Made by a program: the position numbers and the translations under genes. A DNA stretch of 64,000 nt from Lingula anatina (taxonomy: Eukaryota; Animalia; Brachiopoda): NCBI GenBank assembly GCA_051362555.1, contig CM120648.1, positions 9,110,587-9,174,586 on the forward strand, given 5' to 3'. The notes under the pieces were generated by a model, which saw nothing but the letters and a program-made list of their open reading frames with translations, had not been told where the DNA came from and made no database searches. This document shows, in pieces, positions 1 through 18,700 of this stretch (the first letter of the stretch is position 1; each line of letters opens with the position of its first letter).

Positions 1-525
1 ATGTAATAAAAAAAATATGTGAATAGTTGCTAAAATTGGGTTTTAACCATTTGTAGAGCTTGTTTCTTGGGAAGAAATGTGAAGCTGTTTAAATCCTTAT
101 TTTTTAAAAATCAGGTTAAAACCAGATATGGTTTGTTTCTAGTAAAGTAATATTAATCCATATGAACGCTAATTGTCTAAACTAGGCATGATTTGTTTCA
201 TGTATAAAAGAAGGCTGATTGGACTGAAGTTGGGATGAAATGTAGGTTTTTTTGCAGTTTCCTGGGGTGCCTACTGAAGCTGCTAAACAATAATTAATTA
301 CCTACTAGCAGCTTCAGTAGGTGTGACAGACATCTAAGCCACTTAAGTTGATTGCAATTTAGCGAGAATCTCCTCGGAGATGGATCAATCCACAGTTAGT
401 ACGATAGGGTCTAGGAATGGTCCCTATGAAGCAGAGTGATGTTCGTTACATGTGAATAAGCAGGTAGTCAGGAAGATGTGAAAATGAACTTGTCATTTTA
501 TAGCCCACTTTCTGTCTTGTTTTAG

Positions 526-1053
526 GTTACAAAATATGAAAGTCGTAAGTGGAGTGCCGGAATACTCTGGTGCCATAGTAAGTATTGATATATGATGTTC
601 AAGTAAAAAAAAATAATTGTTAGAAGATAGTTGAGATAAAAGATTTGCTGTAACTTTCTCCTGATACTTTTAGTTTGTTCTGTCTAGTTTGTTCTGTTTT
701 CAGTCCTACAATTCATCAATCTCAGTGCGTGAAAATCTGTTTTTCAATGAACTAATTTTTTTTACTCCTATTATTTTTTATCAATGAAAATATCTTTTAA
801 GATCTTAAGATATTTTACATTTAAAAACATTGCTCTCGACTCATTTTAATCCCTTATTTGTTTTATTTTTTAAATTCAGAACTGCTTCACACGCGTAATC
901 AAGGTAGAAGGCGTGTTCAGTCTATGGAAGGGTTTCATGCCGTACTATTTCCGCCTTGGTCCTCATACGGTGCTCACCTTCATATTCTTGGAATTTTTTA
1001 TCAAGACCTACAAGAAGACTAAGGGCATTGAAGGCTCATCAGGTGGTCTCTGA
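526..1053 (+). CDS. SLC25A11: Mitochondrial 2-oxoglutarate/malate carrier, upstream tandem copy; only the last two exons are in the window
   Basis: Exons 526-577 (RLQNMKVVSGVPEYSGAI) and 880-1053 (NCFTRVIKVEGVFSLWKGFMPYYFRLGPHTVLTFIFLEFFIKTYKKTKGIEGSSGGL*). GT-AG sites intact; near-identical to 8870-8921 and 9679-9852. Confidence 0.9.
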
Positions 1054-1636
1054 AGAGGGTTTCTCTTAAGATCCAGGAAGGGAGTCCCAGAATTACAAAA
1101 CATAGGTTTATGTCGGATTCAGTGCAGAGCAGAGAATTACAACATTACAACTATCACACAGGATGCTGTTAATATAAACTGTTAGTCCTTAAATATTTTT
1201 GGTCTTATTCAGTTCAGGATAAGTCTGCAGTTGTCTACTAAAACAGAGTGGAGAATATTTTATTTAGAACAGAAACTATTTCTTTCTTGTTATCACAAGG
1301 ATGCAATGTTTGTTTGAATTGGACTGCCAGTGCTTTGAGTAAGACAATTTTTCCTTCTTTCTTTTTTTTTTTTCTTTTCTTTTTCTTGAAACAGGACCAT
1401 GGTCACATTTTCTTTCTTTAAAAAGTTACAATATTGCATAGACTCTAACTTCTACCCATTTCATATAGATGGTTACAATGAGGGTGGCATTTGCAGGTCC
1501 CGATCCAGATGTGCTCGCTACCAAGCCATCTGTAACAGGCAAAAGGGACCGTAAGCCCCCTTTACACTGGAAGGTGTTCTTTCTGCATCCCGTAGTACGA
1601 CACCGTTGGAGAGTGAAAAAAATAATAATCATTTAA

Positions 1637-1972
1637 AGCAATAATAACTCTTCGTTTCGGCCAAAAAATGAATTTTCCTGGAGTAAACAACAATTTTCCC
1701 ATACTTTCCAATGGTTAATGAATCCATTTTTACATTCAAAGTTGGTCCCTGGTTTTTTTCTAAAAAGTTTGGTTTTTTGTTAAAATCTCTTAAGAGATTT
1801 TAACATAGTATAGCCATCAATGGAGGTCACGTGGTCTAAAGACAAGCTCAGATATCAGAATAATAGCTATAACTGCTTTTTTGTGGTAAAACAGAATATA
1901 CTATATTTCTATGAGTTATTCACAAGGTTTTTATTGTGAAATATAGATCTCATACGAAGAGTTATTACCCCT
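1637..1972. mobile_element. Non-autonomous Kolobok-like MITE (~337 bp)
   Basis: TTAA flanks, AG..CT termini, TIR core ATAACTCTTCGT; absent at the paralogous site ~10435. Confidence 0.8.
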
Positions 1973-1976
1973 TTAA

Positions 1977-2282
1977 GGGATAACAACTGTTCATTTTGGC
2001 CAAAAAATGGATTTTCCTGGGGTAAAGGACAGTTTACTTTATTATGGTTAATGAATCCATTCCCACATTTTTTTTCTAATAATTTTGGTGTTTTATGATT
2101 TCTCTTAAGAGATTATTAGAGTGTAGCCATCTATGGAGGTCACATGATGTGGTGGCAAACAAATTCCAGAATAATTGTGTTAACCATTTTTGGTGGTAAA
2201 CTAGAATTAATTATATTTCTATGAGCTGTTTACAATGCATTTATTATGAAAAATAGATAACTTACAAACAGTTGTTATCCCT
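1977..2282. mobile_element. Diverged relative of the same Kolobok-like family, joined to the previous copy through TTAA
   Basis: GGGATAACAACTGTT...AACAGTTGTTATCCCT followed by TTAA; internally colinear with 1637-1972. Confidence 0.7.
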
Positions 2283-3645
2283 TTAACATGCTGACAACTG
2301 GCCGATCATTGAACATTCATTCTGCAACCAAAGTGATGCTTACCTCCAGTTTCATGGTCACGCAAGGAAGGACATCGTCCAGTGTCTTGTGCAGTTTTGA
2401 AATCCTGTGTGTCTTGCCTAGAAATGTCTTTAGTTGTGCAAGTTTTTTTTTTTCTTTTAGGACTATAACTAAGCTTGGTGTAAAGTATTAATGACACAAT
2501 TTGCTTCATATAAATGCTTCGACTTTAAATGCCACAAACCTATTTTTGGGACCTGTACTTCGGTTTAGTCAAATATATATTATATAATTTTACATGTATT
2601 ACTAAATAAATATTGTTTAAATGCAAAGTACTTTATAATTTTTTCCCCTCATTGGAGGCACATTTTTTCTTAATTACTTTGTCAGATAGCTGTGAGCTTT
2701 ATACTACTATACATATTTTTGCCATATTGTCAACAGATCTGAAGAAAAAAAAATTATTTTGATAATATCCACCAGTTTTATTCAGAACTGCCTTTTTGTG
2801 TAAGGTTTCACAAGTGCATAGGATCCTAAGGGGGGGGGGGGGGGGGGGGGGGGCACATGCAAAAATTGTCCATATTGATCATGTTTTGTCTTTTTGATAC
2901 CTCTGCAATGACCCCACTCATTGGTGGGTAAAAAAATTGCTTTTTTTCTTTTAAAAAATTACCTTCAGCATACCAGTTTAGATACAAGGATACCATTAAA
3001 TACAGTGCTTTAGAAGTAACTTGATGTACAAAAATGGATTCCTTTTCATTACTGAACATATAACTGAAAGAGTAGGACATAATATTGGTGGTGCAAAGAT
3101 GCTGAATTTGTTTTCTCTGCAACTTACTGTTGATAGAAACAATTTGCCACAAGAAAAGAAAGTAAAATAATTGTGAATTTCAAAATTTGTTAATATTCAG
3201 TATAACAGTTATTCAGCTAAAGTCTATAATGTAACTGTAGAGGCTTGGATGTATGTGTGGCACAGTTTTTTTTCTCTTGGTATGTTTCTCCTCACTGTTA
3301 AAGAATAAAAAAAAGAACACTGATACAAAGTATTTGGAATTTTTTACTTCAATCTCCTTGAAAACTGAGCACCTAAACTCAAACGCACTCCTCAGGTAGA
3401 AGGTACAATAAAATTATTATAGGCCAAAAATGGTTAAAGCAGTGACCTTTACCTTGCTCCATACAGCTTATCACGAACGTGTCATGTGACACAAATATTG
3501 ATATTTATGAGAGATACATATAATATGTATAATTAAATAAAAATGAAAAAACAAACATTGGAAAATAACCAAAAGGAAAATAGAAATGTTTGTGTCACAT
3601 TACACGTTCGTGAAGTGGAGAAGGTAAAGGTCACCAAGCGGCAAG

Positions 3646-9852
<6,207 letters not shown>

Positions 9853-10276
9853 CGAGGGTTCCTCTTAAGATCCAGGAAGGGAGTCCCAGAATTACAAAAC
9901 ATAGGTTTATGTCGGACTCATTGCAGAGCAGAGAATTACAACATTACAACTATCACACAGGTTGCTGTTAATATAAACTGTTAGTCCTTAAATATTTTTG
10001 GTCTTATTCAGTTCAGGATAAGGTTGCAGTTGTCTACTAAAACAGAATGGAGAATATTTATTTTATTTAGAACAGAAACTATTTCATTCTTGTTATCACA
10101 AGGGTGCTTTTTCTTTCTTCCTTTTTTCTTTTTTTTTTCTTTTTCTTGAGACAGGACCATGGTCACATTTTTGTTCTTTACAAAGTTACAATATTGCATA
10201 GACTCTTAACTTCTATCCATTTCATATAGACCGTTTCAATGAAGGTGGCATTTGCAGGTCCAGACCAAGATGTGCT

Positions 10277-10388
10277 CACTATACCTAGCCATCTGTAATG
10301 GGCAAAAGGGACCGTAAGCCCCCTTTACACTGCACTATACCTAGCCATCTGTAATGGGCAAAAGGGACCGTAAGCCCCCTTTACACTG
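10277..10388. repeat. Perfect 56-bp tandem duplication downstream of the SLC25A11 stop
   Basis: Two identical copies starting at 10277 and 10333; single copy in the paralog at ~1517. Confidence 0.9.
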
Positions 10389-11186
10389 GAAGGCGTTCTT
10401 TCTGCACCGTTAGAGAGTGAAAAAATAATAACCATTAACATGCCGACAACTGACGAGCATTGAGCATTCATTCTGCAACCAAAGTGATGCTTGTGCCTTC
10501 TTTCTACGTCCAGTTTCATGGTCATGCAAGGAAGGACGTTGTCCAGTGTAAAGAGGGTTTTAGAAACTTGTGCAGTTTTGAAATCCTGTGTCTTGCCTAG
10601 AAATGTCTTTAGTATTGTTGTGCAATGTTTTTTTTTTTTTAAAGAAATCTAGCTAAGCTTGGTGTAAAGTATTAATGACACAATTTGCTTCATATTAATG
10701 CTACACCTTTAAATGTCACAAACCTGTTTTTGGGACCTGTACTTTGGTTTAGTCAAATATATATTATATAATTTTATATGTAAATTAATATTGTTTAAAC
10801 ACAAAGTACTTTAAAATGACTTTCTCCTTCACAGCACATTTTTTCTTAATTATTTTGACAGATAGCTGTGAGCTTTATACTACTATACATATTTTTGCCA
10901 TATTGTCAACAGATCTGAAGAAAGAAAAATTCCTTTGATAATATCCGTCAGTTTTATTCAGAACTGTCTTTTTGTGCAAGGTTGTGCAAGATTTCACAAG
11001 TGCATAGGATCCTATTGGGGGTGGGGGGGGGGGGGGGGTGGGGGGGGGGTGACCATATGCAAAAATTGTCCATATTGATCATGTTTGGTCTTTCTGATAC
11101 CTCTGCAAGGACTTATTGGTGGGTAAACAATTGCTTTTTTTAAAATTACCTTCAGCATACCAGTTTAGATACAAGGATACCATTAA

Positions 11187-11523
11187 AGGGATAATAACTC
11201 TTCGTATGAGATCTATATTGCACTATAAAAACATTGCGAATAACTCATAGAAATATAATATATTCTGTTTTACAACAAAAACAGCAGTTATAGCTATTAT
11301 TCTGATATCTGAGCTTGTCTTCATATCACGTGACCTCCATTGATGGCAATACTCTGTTATAATCTCTTAAGAGATTTTAACAAAAAACCAAACTTTTTAG
11401 AAAAAAACCAGGGACTAACTTTGAATGTGAAAATGGGTTCATTAACCATTGGTAAGTATGGGAAAATTGTTGTTTACTACAGAAAAATTCATTTTTTGGC
11501 CAAAACGAAGAGTTATTATCCCT
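11187..11523. mobile_element. Kolobok-like MITE, 337 bp
   Basis: TIR AGGGATAATAACTCTTCGT at both ends; TTAA/TTGA flanks; empty site TACCATTAAATACAGTG at ~2991. Confidence 0.85.
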
Positions 11524-12883
11524 TTGAATACAGTGCTTTAGAAGTAACTTCATGTACAAAAATGGATTCCTTTTCATTACTGAACATATAACTGAAAGAG
11601 TGGGACACAATATTGGTTGTGCGATGACCAAGACTTACTGTTGATAGAAACAATTTGCCACAAAAAAAGAAAGTGAAATAATTGAATTATTATATTGTGA
11701 ATTTCAGAATTTGTTAATATTCAGTATAACAGTTATTCAACTTAAAGTTTGTAATGTAACTGTAGAGGCTTGGATGTATGTGTGGTGCATTTTTTTTTCA
11801 CTTTATGTGTGTTATGGTATGTTTTTCCCCTCACTGTTAAAGAATTAAAAAAAGAACACTGATACAAAGTATTTGGCATTATTTAATTCACTCTCTTTGA
11901 AAACTGAGCACCATTCCTGCCATGCTAGTCAGGATCATGCAGCAAATGAATGTAATTTTGATAAAGATTAATTTTTTCTATGGATTTTAACCATTGTCTA
12001 CTATGTTGACAAATGCCATTATAACTTTTTTCAATTTATAGAGGTTACAGTTTCTACTAACTTAATTTCGAACTCGAAATCAGATTGTTATTATCACGGT
12101 AACTGAAAAAAAAAAGTTCAGCTCAGCCCCAGTTTATACTTCCCTCTCTTAAAAAAAATTAAAACTTGTTATCCAAAGTTGCCTTCCTTAAAACCTGCCA
12201 CATACTGTTAGGTGCCAACTTCTACACACAGAATAATTACACATTTCATGTGTTCAATTCCACATTTTTATAAAATGATGATATATATTTAATATCCAAT
12301 ATTTCAGAAGCATACAGAATGCATCAGTGCACTATTTTTGTTAACCAACATGAACCAGGTATTGCTACCAAACCCTTAAAGTCTTGGGTCCTTATTATCA
12401 AGTCTATGTAAATTTGAGTTCAAAGTCCTCAATTTCTGTGTATTCAAACATTTAAAAAGTTTCAAATAACACCTAAACTCAAATGCACTCCTCGGGTAGA
12501 AGGCACAATAAAATTAATATAGACCTGTAGCCAGACATTAAAAAGGGAATGGGAAGGGGGGTTCTGCTGCAAAGAAGAACCTTTTACAAATTAAGTTGAC
12601 CCAACTCGAAAAATGGTATAGAACCCAGAAAAATGGTGACTCAAAACAAACTTTTGTCGGGCAGTTCTTTTGAATCTACCTTGCCAAGGGGCCTGTGTAA
12701 ACCACCACCACCCCTCCCGAGGAAGGTGTCTTGTGAGACACTAAAATATTGATGTGCAAACAACTTCAATTTTAGATGCTGCTTGAAGAAACTAATAAAT
12801 AAGTTGTAATTGTCCCTTCTGACTCAGGGTCAATATATCAACCTTGATTACGGTCGTGGCCAGGCCAGTGACAGACTGACCAA

Positions 12884-15157
12884 TCAGGCCTTGACCAGCA
12901 TTGGCGGGATGATGGCGTCCCTCTTCTCTTTTCCCATCAGTTCCTGGACAATGTCCAGAGCAAACTCAAAGGCAGTCCCTGGCCCTCTGCTGGTCAGCAG
13001 CTTCCCATCCTTGACCACTCGCTCCTCGGAATAAGTGCAACCTGAAAGACGGCAAAGATAACAGGGCCTTGTTTCACAAATTAAATGAATAGTGGATATG
13101 TGAAGATAGTACTTAAGTTTTAAAGACCATTCTACAGACATTTAGATCGATCTATCCCCCTAGGGAGTCTCACAAGATTGCTGTCAGCTTAACCAACTTA
13201 AATGTCCGTCCCGCCTACTAAAAGCTGTAAGGGGGTAATTAACTTTTGTGCGCGTTAGGCTCCCGGAAGCTGACAGCAATTTAGCGTGAACCCCCAGGGA
13301 GTTAGATCGACCCAGATGGATCGATCCAAATCTGTTGGAACCCAGATAAGTATGGTACTTTATTTCATTTTTTTTACGTAATTCCTCTCATTGATTAAAA
13401 TTTAAAGTCATAAAAAATTTCCTTTGGTAAAATTATAACATGCTTAAAACACAGGTTTAACAGTAAATCTTACTTGTTTTCTTTTTTAATTAACTGCCAA
13501 CAAAAATTGTTTAATTAACTTACCGGGCAGCATCTTGTCTTTGACTGAGGGATGAGATGTCATAGTTTTACCTTTGCAAATACCATGACTAACAAGGGCT
13601 ATGGGAGCTTAAAATCAAAAACCAAAATTTGAATATTTCATTTCACTCAATTGGAAAATAAATCCATGTACTGAAAATAACAATCTGCAGTGTAATGGTG
13701 TAATCAACTATGTACTTTGAATGAAAATTTTTAGAAACTTTTGGACAAAAATGTTATAGGCAATATATAAAGACCAGCACATGCACTAGTAGCAGAGATT
13801 TATGGGAGAAGATGATTGGTGACTCTTTGTCAAGTGACTTTAACCACAGTTTGAGGTAAAAACAATAGTCTGTGCTTTACTCTGTTATATATATTTGTGC
13901 ATCATGTATGCCTTGACTCTGCAAGAATTGAACATGGTGCGAACTATTATTTTCTGCTCAAACCATAGCTCTAAAAATCCATATAGCACTGAAACTACTT
14001 GTTATGCAAATGATATAAAACTTTTAAACTGATAAATACAGAAGAACGAAATTAATCAATTTAATTGATGAGACAAATTTTAATCTCTCACACCTGCACA
14101 AATGGCTGCAATCCATTTTCCTGAAGCCTCCTGGGCCTGTAACACTTCTTTCACTTTGTTTGACTGTTACAAATAAAAGGCACAGTGACTGTTATTTACA
14201 TAAATTCCATCAAATTCAACATAAATAAGAATAATTTCATCCAAATTGGACAGCAAAGACAGCATAATAATAACAATGATAATTAAGATTTATAAAGTCA
14301 AGATATGCCTACTACAATTTCTTCAATCTTATCAGCTTAGACTATTTTGTCAGAAAGGTTGTGGACTGAAGTGTAATTGATGATATATGATTAAAAGTCA
14401 CATAAAAAAGTACAGTAGAAAAATTAACAAATAAATATTTAAAAAAAAAAAGAAAATAATGCTTAAAATGCCAACTATATCATTTATTCTTACCTGTGAA
14501 AATGTGTTGGCACCTCCCAGGCCCCCAGGCAATACCACCATGTCGTAAGTATCCTTTGTGGCCTCGTCCAAGCTTTTATCGGGGACAACAACAACCCCAC
14601 GACTACACTTCACTGGGTCTGTCCCTGTGACACCTGCCACTGTCACATCAATCTGGGGGTAAAGAAAATAAGTTTCTACTGGACAAGTTAAATTAATTTT
14701 ATCTCGTCTTTCTGTTTATCTTGTATAATCCTTCTAAAATGTATTAGTTACATGTATTAGTATTTAAATAAGCAATACATATTACACTGACTGAATATGG
14801 AAAACAAGATAGATGTTTTGCAAAATTAGAATACCTTTTTACTTCAGTTTTGACCTGTGGTAAATGCAATAATATACCCAATTTCTACAAGGAGAAGATG
14901 AAAACTGAAGCATTCCTTAAAAAATGAAATGTTATTGTTATGTTAATGAAACTGAAAGCGAATTTGTAGGGGCTGCATGGATCGAGGTCGCTCACCCCTC
15001 CGCGTCTCATCACGTCTATAGAAATGACTGCCTCCATCTCTTCACTCCCTTCAGCGACCAGCAGAAGTGCAGACGGCATTTTGGCAACGCTGCAATAATT
15101 TCTGTTAACCAAAAGAGGAATTCGGAGTAAATTTCTGCGTAAGACGTGTAAAACCAT
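12884..15157 (-). CDS. PARK7: DJ-1/Parkinson disease protein 7 homolog, 5 exons; 184 aa from ATG 15079 or 210 aa from ATG 15157
   Basis: Exons 15157(15079)-14996, 14652-14494, 14163-14094, 13607-13524, 13041-12884. Motifs [19 protein letters not shown] (catalytic Cys), [17 protein letters not shown]. Confidence 0.95.
13130..13340. mobile_element. ~200-bp fold-back (palindromic) interspersed element
   Basis: TTTAGATCGATCTA...GATCGATCCAAATCTG arms; close copy at 17125-17340, more distant relatives at 8545-8735 and 25790-25980. Confidence 0.7.
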
Positions 15158-15700
15158 GCAAAAAGTTTACAAAGACCTTGACCCAATTAAGAAGGACATA
15201 GCCTCAATGCCTTTTCCGGTCTGAATGATGTTTCTTCAATTTTTGCCTTATATAAGAAGGTTGAATACAGATTTTATCTAATCTATTATTTGTATAATTC
15301 ATTTTCTTTCATAAAATGATAGCAAAGATATACATTGACGTCATGTTTTGGGGAAATTGAGTAAAAACACAATGTTTACAGTTTCTAGGTTAGAGAGTAA
15401 AACAATCTGGTTGCCATGTTGGTTTGGAGCAGAGGTTGAACTGTCAAGGTTTTCTATTATAATAGGTTTCACTATACATAATTTAAACTACGCGAAAAAA
15501 AGAAGAATTTTCACATAAAGCTCAGCAGTACTAAGACCACTGTAAAAATACAAAATATTCAAATCGACAGAAGAGGGTAGAATTTGGTTATTTTGGACCT
15601 ACGATAGCGAGCACCTGCTGAAGAGAGTCAGCTAATTCACATAAGATTGGACTTTAATTTATCATATGGGATTCCTAGGGATTTGGACGTTATAGCGACC
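15158..15700. promoter_or_regulatory. Putative bidirectional promoter PARK7/FHAD1
   Basis: Divergent ATGs 543 bp apart; perfect CRE TGACGTCA 15336-15343; forkhead-like TGTTTACA ~15373; X-box half site GTTGCCATG at 15410. Confidence 0.65.
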
Positions 15701-18700
15701 ATGAAAGGATATCTTAAGGGACCCGAAGGTGTTTTTCTACTGGCCCCTAAAGTGACCACTGTTGGAAGAGAGGGGTGTGACCTGGCCATTCAGGTAAGGA
15801 CTGGAACTTAGTATGTGTATAAAGAACAATTAAAAATTATATATGTATTTTATAATCTTACTTAAGTTGAAATATATAACATCATCTCTCTCTCACACAC
15901 ACTCTCTCTCTTACACACACACAGTTTTGAACATGGTTTATTCCCCCCCCCCCCCCCAAGGCACCCAACACATACACAACAGGTACATTAAAAACCTATG
16001 CAAAAATAACAAGTTAATGAAACAAGTAAATCCTGTGTTAAGTTACTTTCAAATATATTTATTAAACTAATAAAGAACATTTGAGCAATACAAGTAATAT
16101 GAGGAAGGCGGAGAGAGACCATGTTATTAATATGTCTACTTTTTCTTTTTTTAATACATTATTTTATAGTAGTGTGAGAAAAATACATTCTTTGCATTTT
16201 TTGTTCCAAATACCTTCTCTCCCCTTCCCAATGTGCAGTAATTATCACTTTAATCAAAGCTATAGGACCATAGAAGAGCAATGTTAGAAGCTTAGCACCA
16301 TTAAAGACATTGTTTTTCTATAAATTGCCCATGATAACATGTGCTAATAGCCTCCAGCAACCAAACATTACCATTACTCACCCTGAGCTTCAGAGCTAAC
16401 TTGACACTAACCTCTTCACTGTAGCCTATCTTCATCGTGTCAAGTAACCTCTGACCAGATTCGATTGCCTCCGCCGCCCGCCAATCAAATTTAAAAGCCC
16501 GCACTCAATGACTCATTAAACGATCTAGCCAATGAACGCGAACGAGTCAAAGCGCGCTTTGTTCAAATCCGGACCAATCAAAGATAAGGCTGAATATCAG
16601 GGACTTGCCGTAACCTGTGGGCAGCACGCAAATAACATCGTCTCTCAGTAGATAATGATGCAGGGCTTCAAACTGCTAGACCCTATGGTTTCAATTCCGA
16701 TTTACTCATATTTTGCAAAGAATCAAGAGATAACTTAACACACTCTTTTTCGTAGTCACTCGCCTTGCTTTCTTTGTGTACGGTAATACACTCGGAACTA
16801 CTCGGATGTCTCCGCACTCGACAATAACTATGTTGTTAGTATGGAGCTTGCGGAATCAGCCGAGGATTGCCGATTGACGGTCAACCAATCAGCGTTTTCA
16901 CCAAACTTTGGTGAAAAATTTTGAAACATGGATTTGATTGGCTTATATAAACTAGGTCAAACTATTTTCGTCAGAGGTTACTTGACACGATGGAGAATAG
17001 GCTACAGTGAAAAGGTTAGTGTCAAGTTAGCTCTGAAGCTCAGGGTGCCATTACTGGACAGGTATGCCAAATCTTCAGATATGAAGCAAGATAATGTCTG
17101 ACCAACCTGAAGCAGTTAGACCCCATTCCCATAGATATTTAGATCGATCTATCCCCCTGGGGAGTCTCACTAGATTGGTGTCGGCTTAACAGGCTTAAAT
17201 GTCTGTCCCGCCTACTAAAAGCTGCAAGGGGGTAATTAACTATGGTGCGCGCTCGGCTGACTGTAATTTAGTGTGAACCCACAGGGAGTTAGGTCGATCT
17301 AAATCTAAATCTCTGGATCGATCTAAATCTTTGGGAATTCACCCTTAGTTACCCAATTCTCTCCATGGAACATCACACACTGGGCTGTCATCAGAGATCA
17401 CTGTTGCCCCCATGCCTACCCTGAAACCTAATTTCCTGGGACTGTCTTCTGGTTTCCTTGGACCTTTCTCTCTTCCCTTACCTTGCTGTGCCCACCTCAT
17501 GGTTGCCCTTGTGATGGGGTCTGGGTACTTCCCGTTGACATGTTCGGTCCATCTCATTGTTGTTGTTTTTTTTTAGTGACAGAAGAGTAGATCCACCAGA
17601 AACTTTGGTTAAATTAGGAAATTTATTTTAGATCAGTCTGCTGTCAGAACAAAAAGCTCTGTCAGATCTACAGCAACTGATTATCAACTGGTATAGATGT
17701 TAGCGTGCATGCACCTGTATACACATGCATGTGTGCACACTCACTTGTGTACAAGCACATGCAGTCCCATGCACTAGCTTTCCATTTACACAGAAATGCA
17801 TTTTATACTTTTAAAAAAATTAATCTAAATTAATGCAACATACAATATGTTTGAAGAAGAAAAATTGTAAATAAGGTAATTTCATCGTGAATCATATGAA
17901 AAAGTGAATAGATTAACTTGAAGGTTATATTTGTTTATTAATTGTGAAGATTTCTTGCCAAATAAAGTAATTGAGCCAAAGAAGAGATTAATTGAAAAAA
18001 GATGTCTTTTTTATTTTTAGCCAAATTTTCGTCAAATACTTTATACACTACAGTGATATCATAGGAATTATCTGATTCACATGCTTAAGTTTGCTGCTGG
18101 ATTGACTCTTAAATGTGATTGTTGAAACTCTGGGATTATAGCCTAATTGCAACAGGTGTTATGTGGTCTATACAACCTGTGAAAATCAATTTGCTGTTCT
18201 TTTTTTCTACCTTAATATTTTTTTTCGGTTTGTACTTTTTTTTCGATATAAATTGTATAGATGAAATTTTAATTTTTGAAAAATATTTGAAAGTGAACAC
18301 ATTGAAATAATGTTTACAAGTTTTTGCATCAAATTTTGATTTCCACTTTTTTTTTTACATACCAGTAGATTGTCTCCAAGTTAGAGGGATAATAACTCTT
18401 CGTTTTGGCCAAAAAATGAATTTTCCTGAAGTAAACAACAATTTTCCCATACTTACCAATGGTTATTGAATCCATTTTGACATTCAAAGTTAGTCCCTGT
18501 TTTTTTTCTAAAAAGTTTGGTTTTTTGTTAAAATCTCTTAAAATATTTGAACAGAGTATAGCCATCAATGGAGGTCACGTGCTCTAAAGACAAGCTCAGA
18601 TATCAGAATAATAGCTATGACTGCCGTTTTTGTGGTAAAACAGAATATATTATATTTCTGTGAGTTGCTCACAATGTTTTAATTGTGAAATATAGATCTC

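Larger units (their letters stand above)
1..3425 (+). repeat. Tandem segmental duplication: 1-~3425 is homologous to ~8134-~12525
   Basis: Colinear intron, exon, 3'UTR and downstream sequence with substitutions and indels. Homology ends after ...AGGTACAATAAAATTA. Confidence 0.92.

Noticed and set aside
2829-2853. Poly-G tracts (also ~11016, ~20487) as functional G-quadruplexes
   Set aside because: Homopolymers are common in this window, differ between paralogs and are error-prone in sequencing.
11340-11591. Similar ~80-aa ORFs at 11340, 18329 and 47773 as a small gene family
   Set aside because: All lie within copies of the same non-autonomous MITE; no transposase motifs or splice structure.
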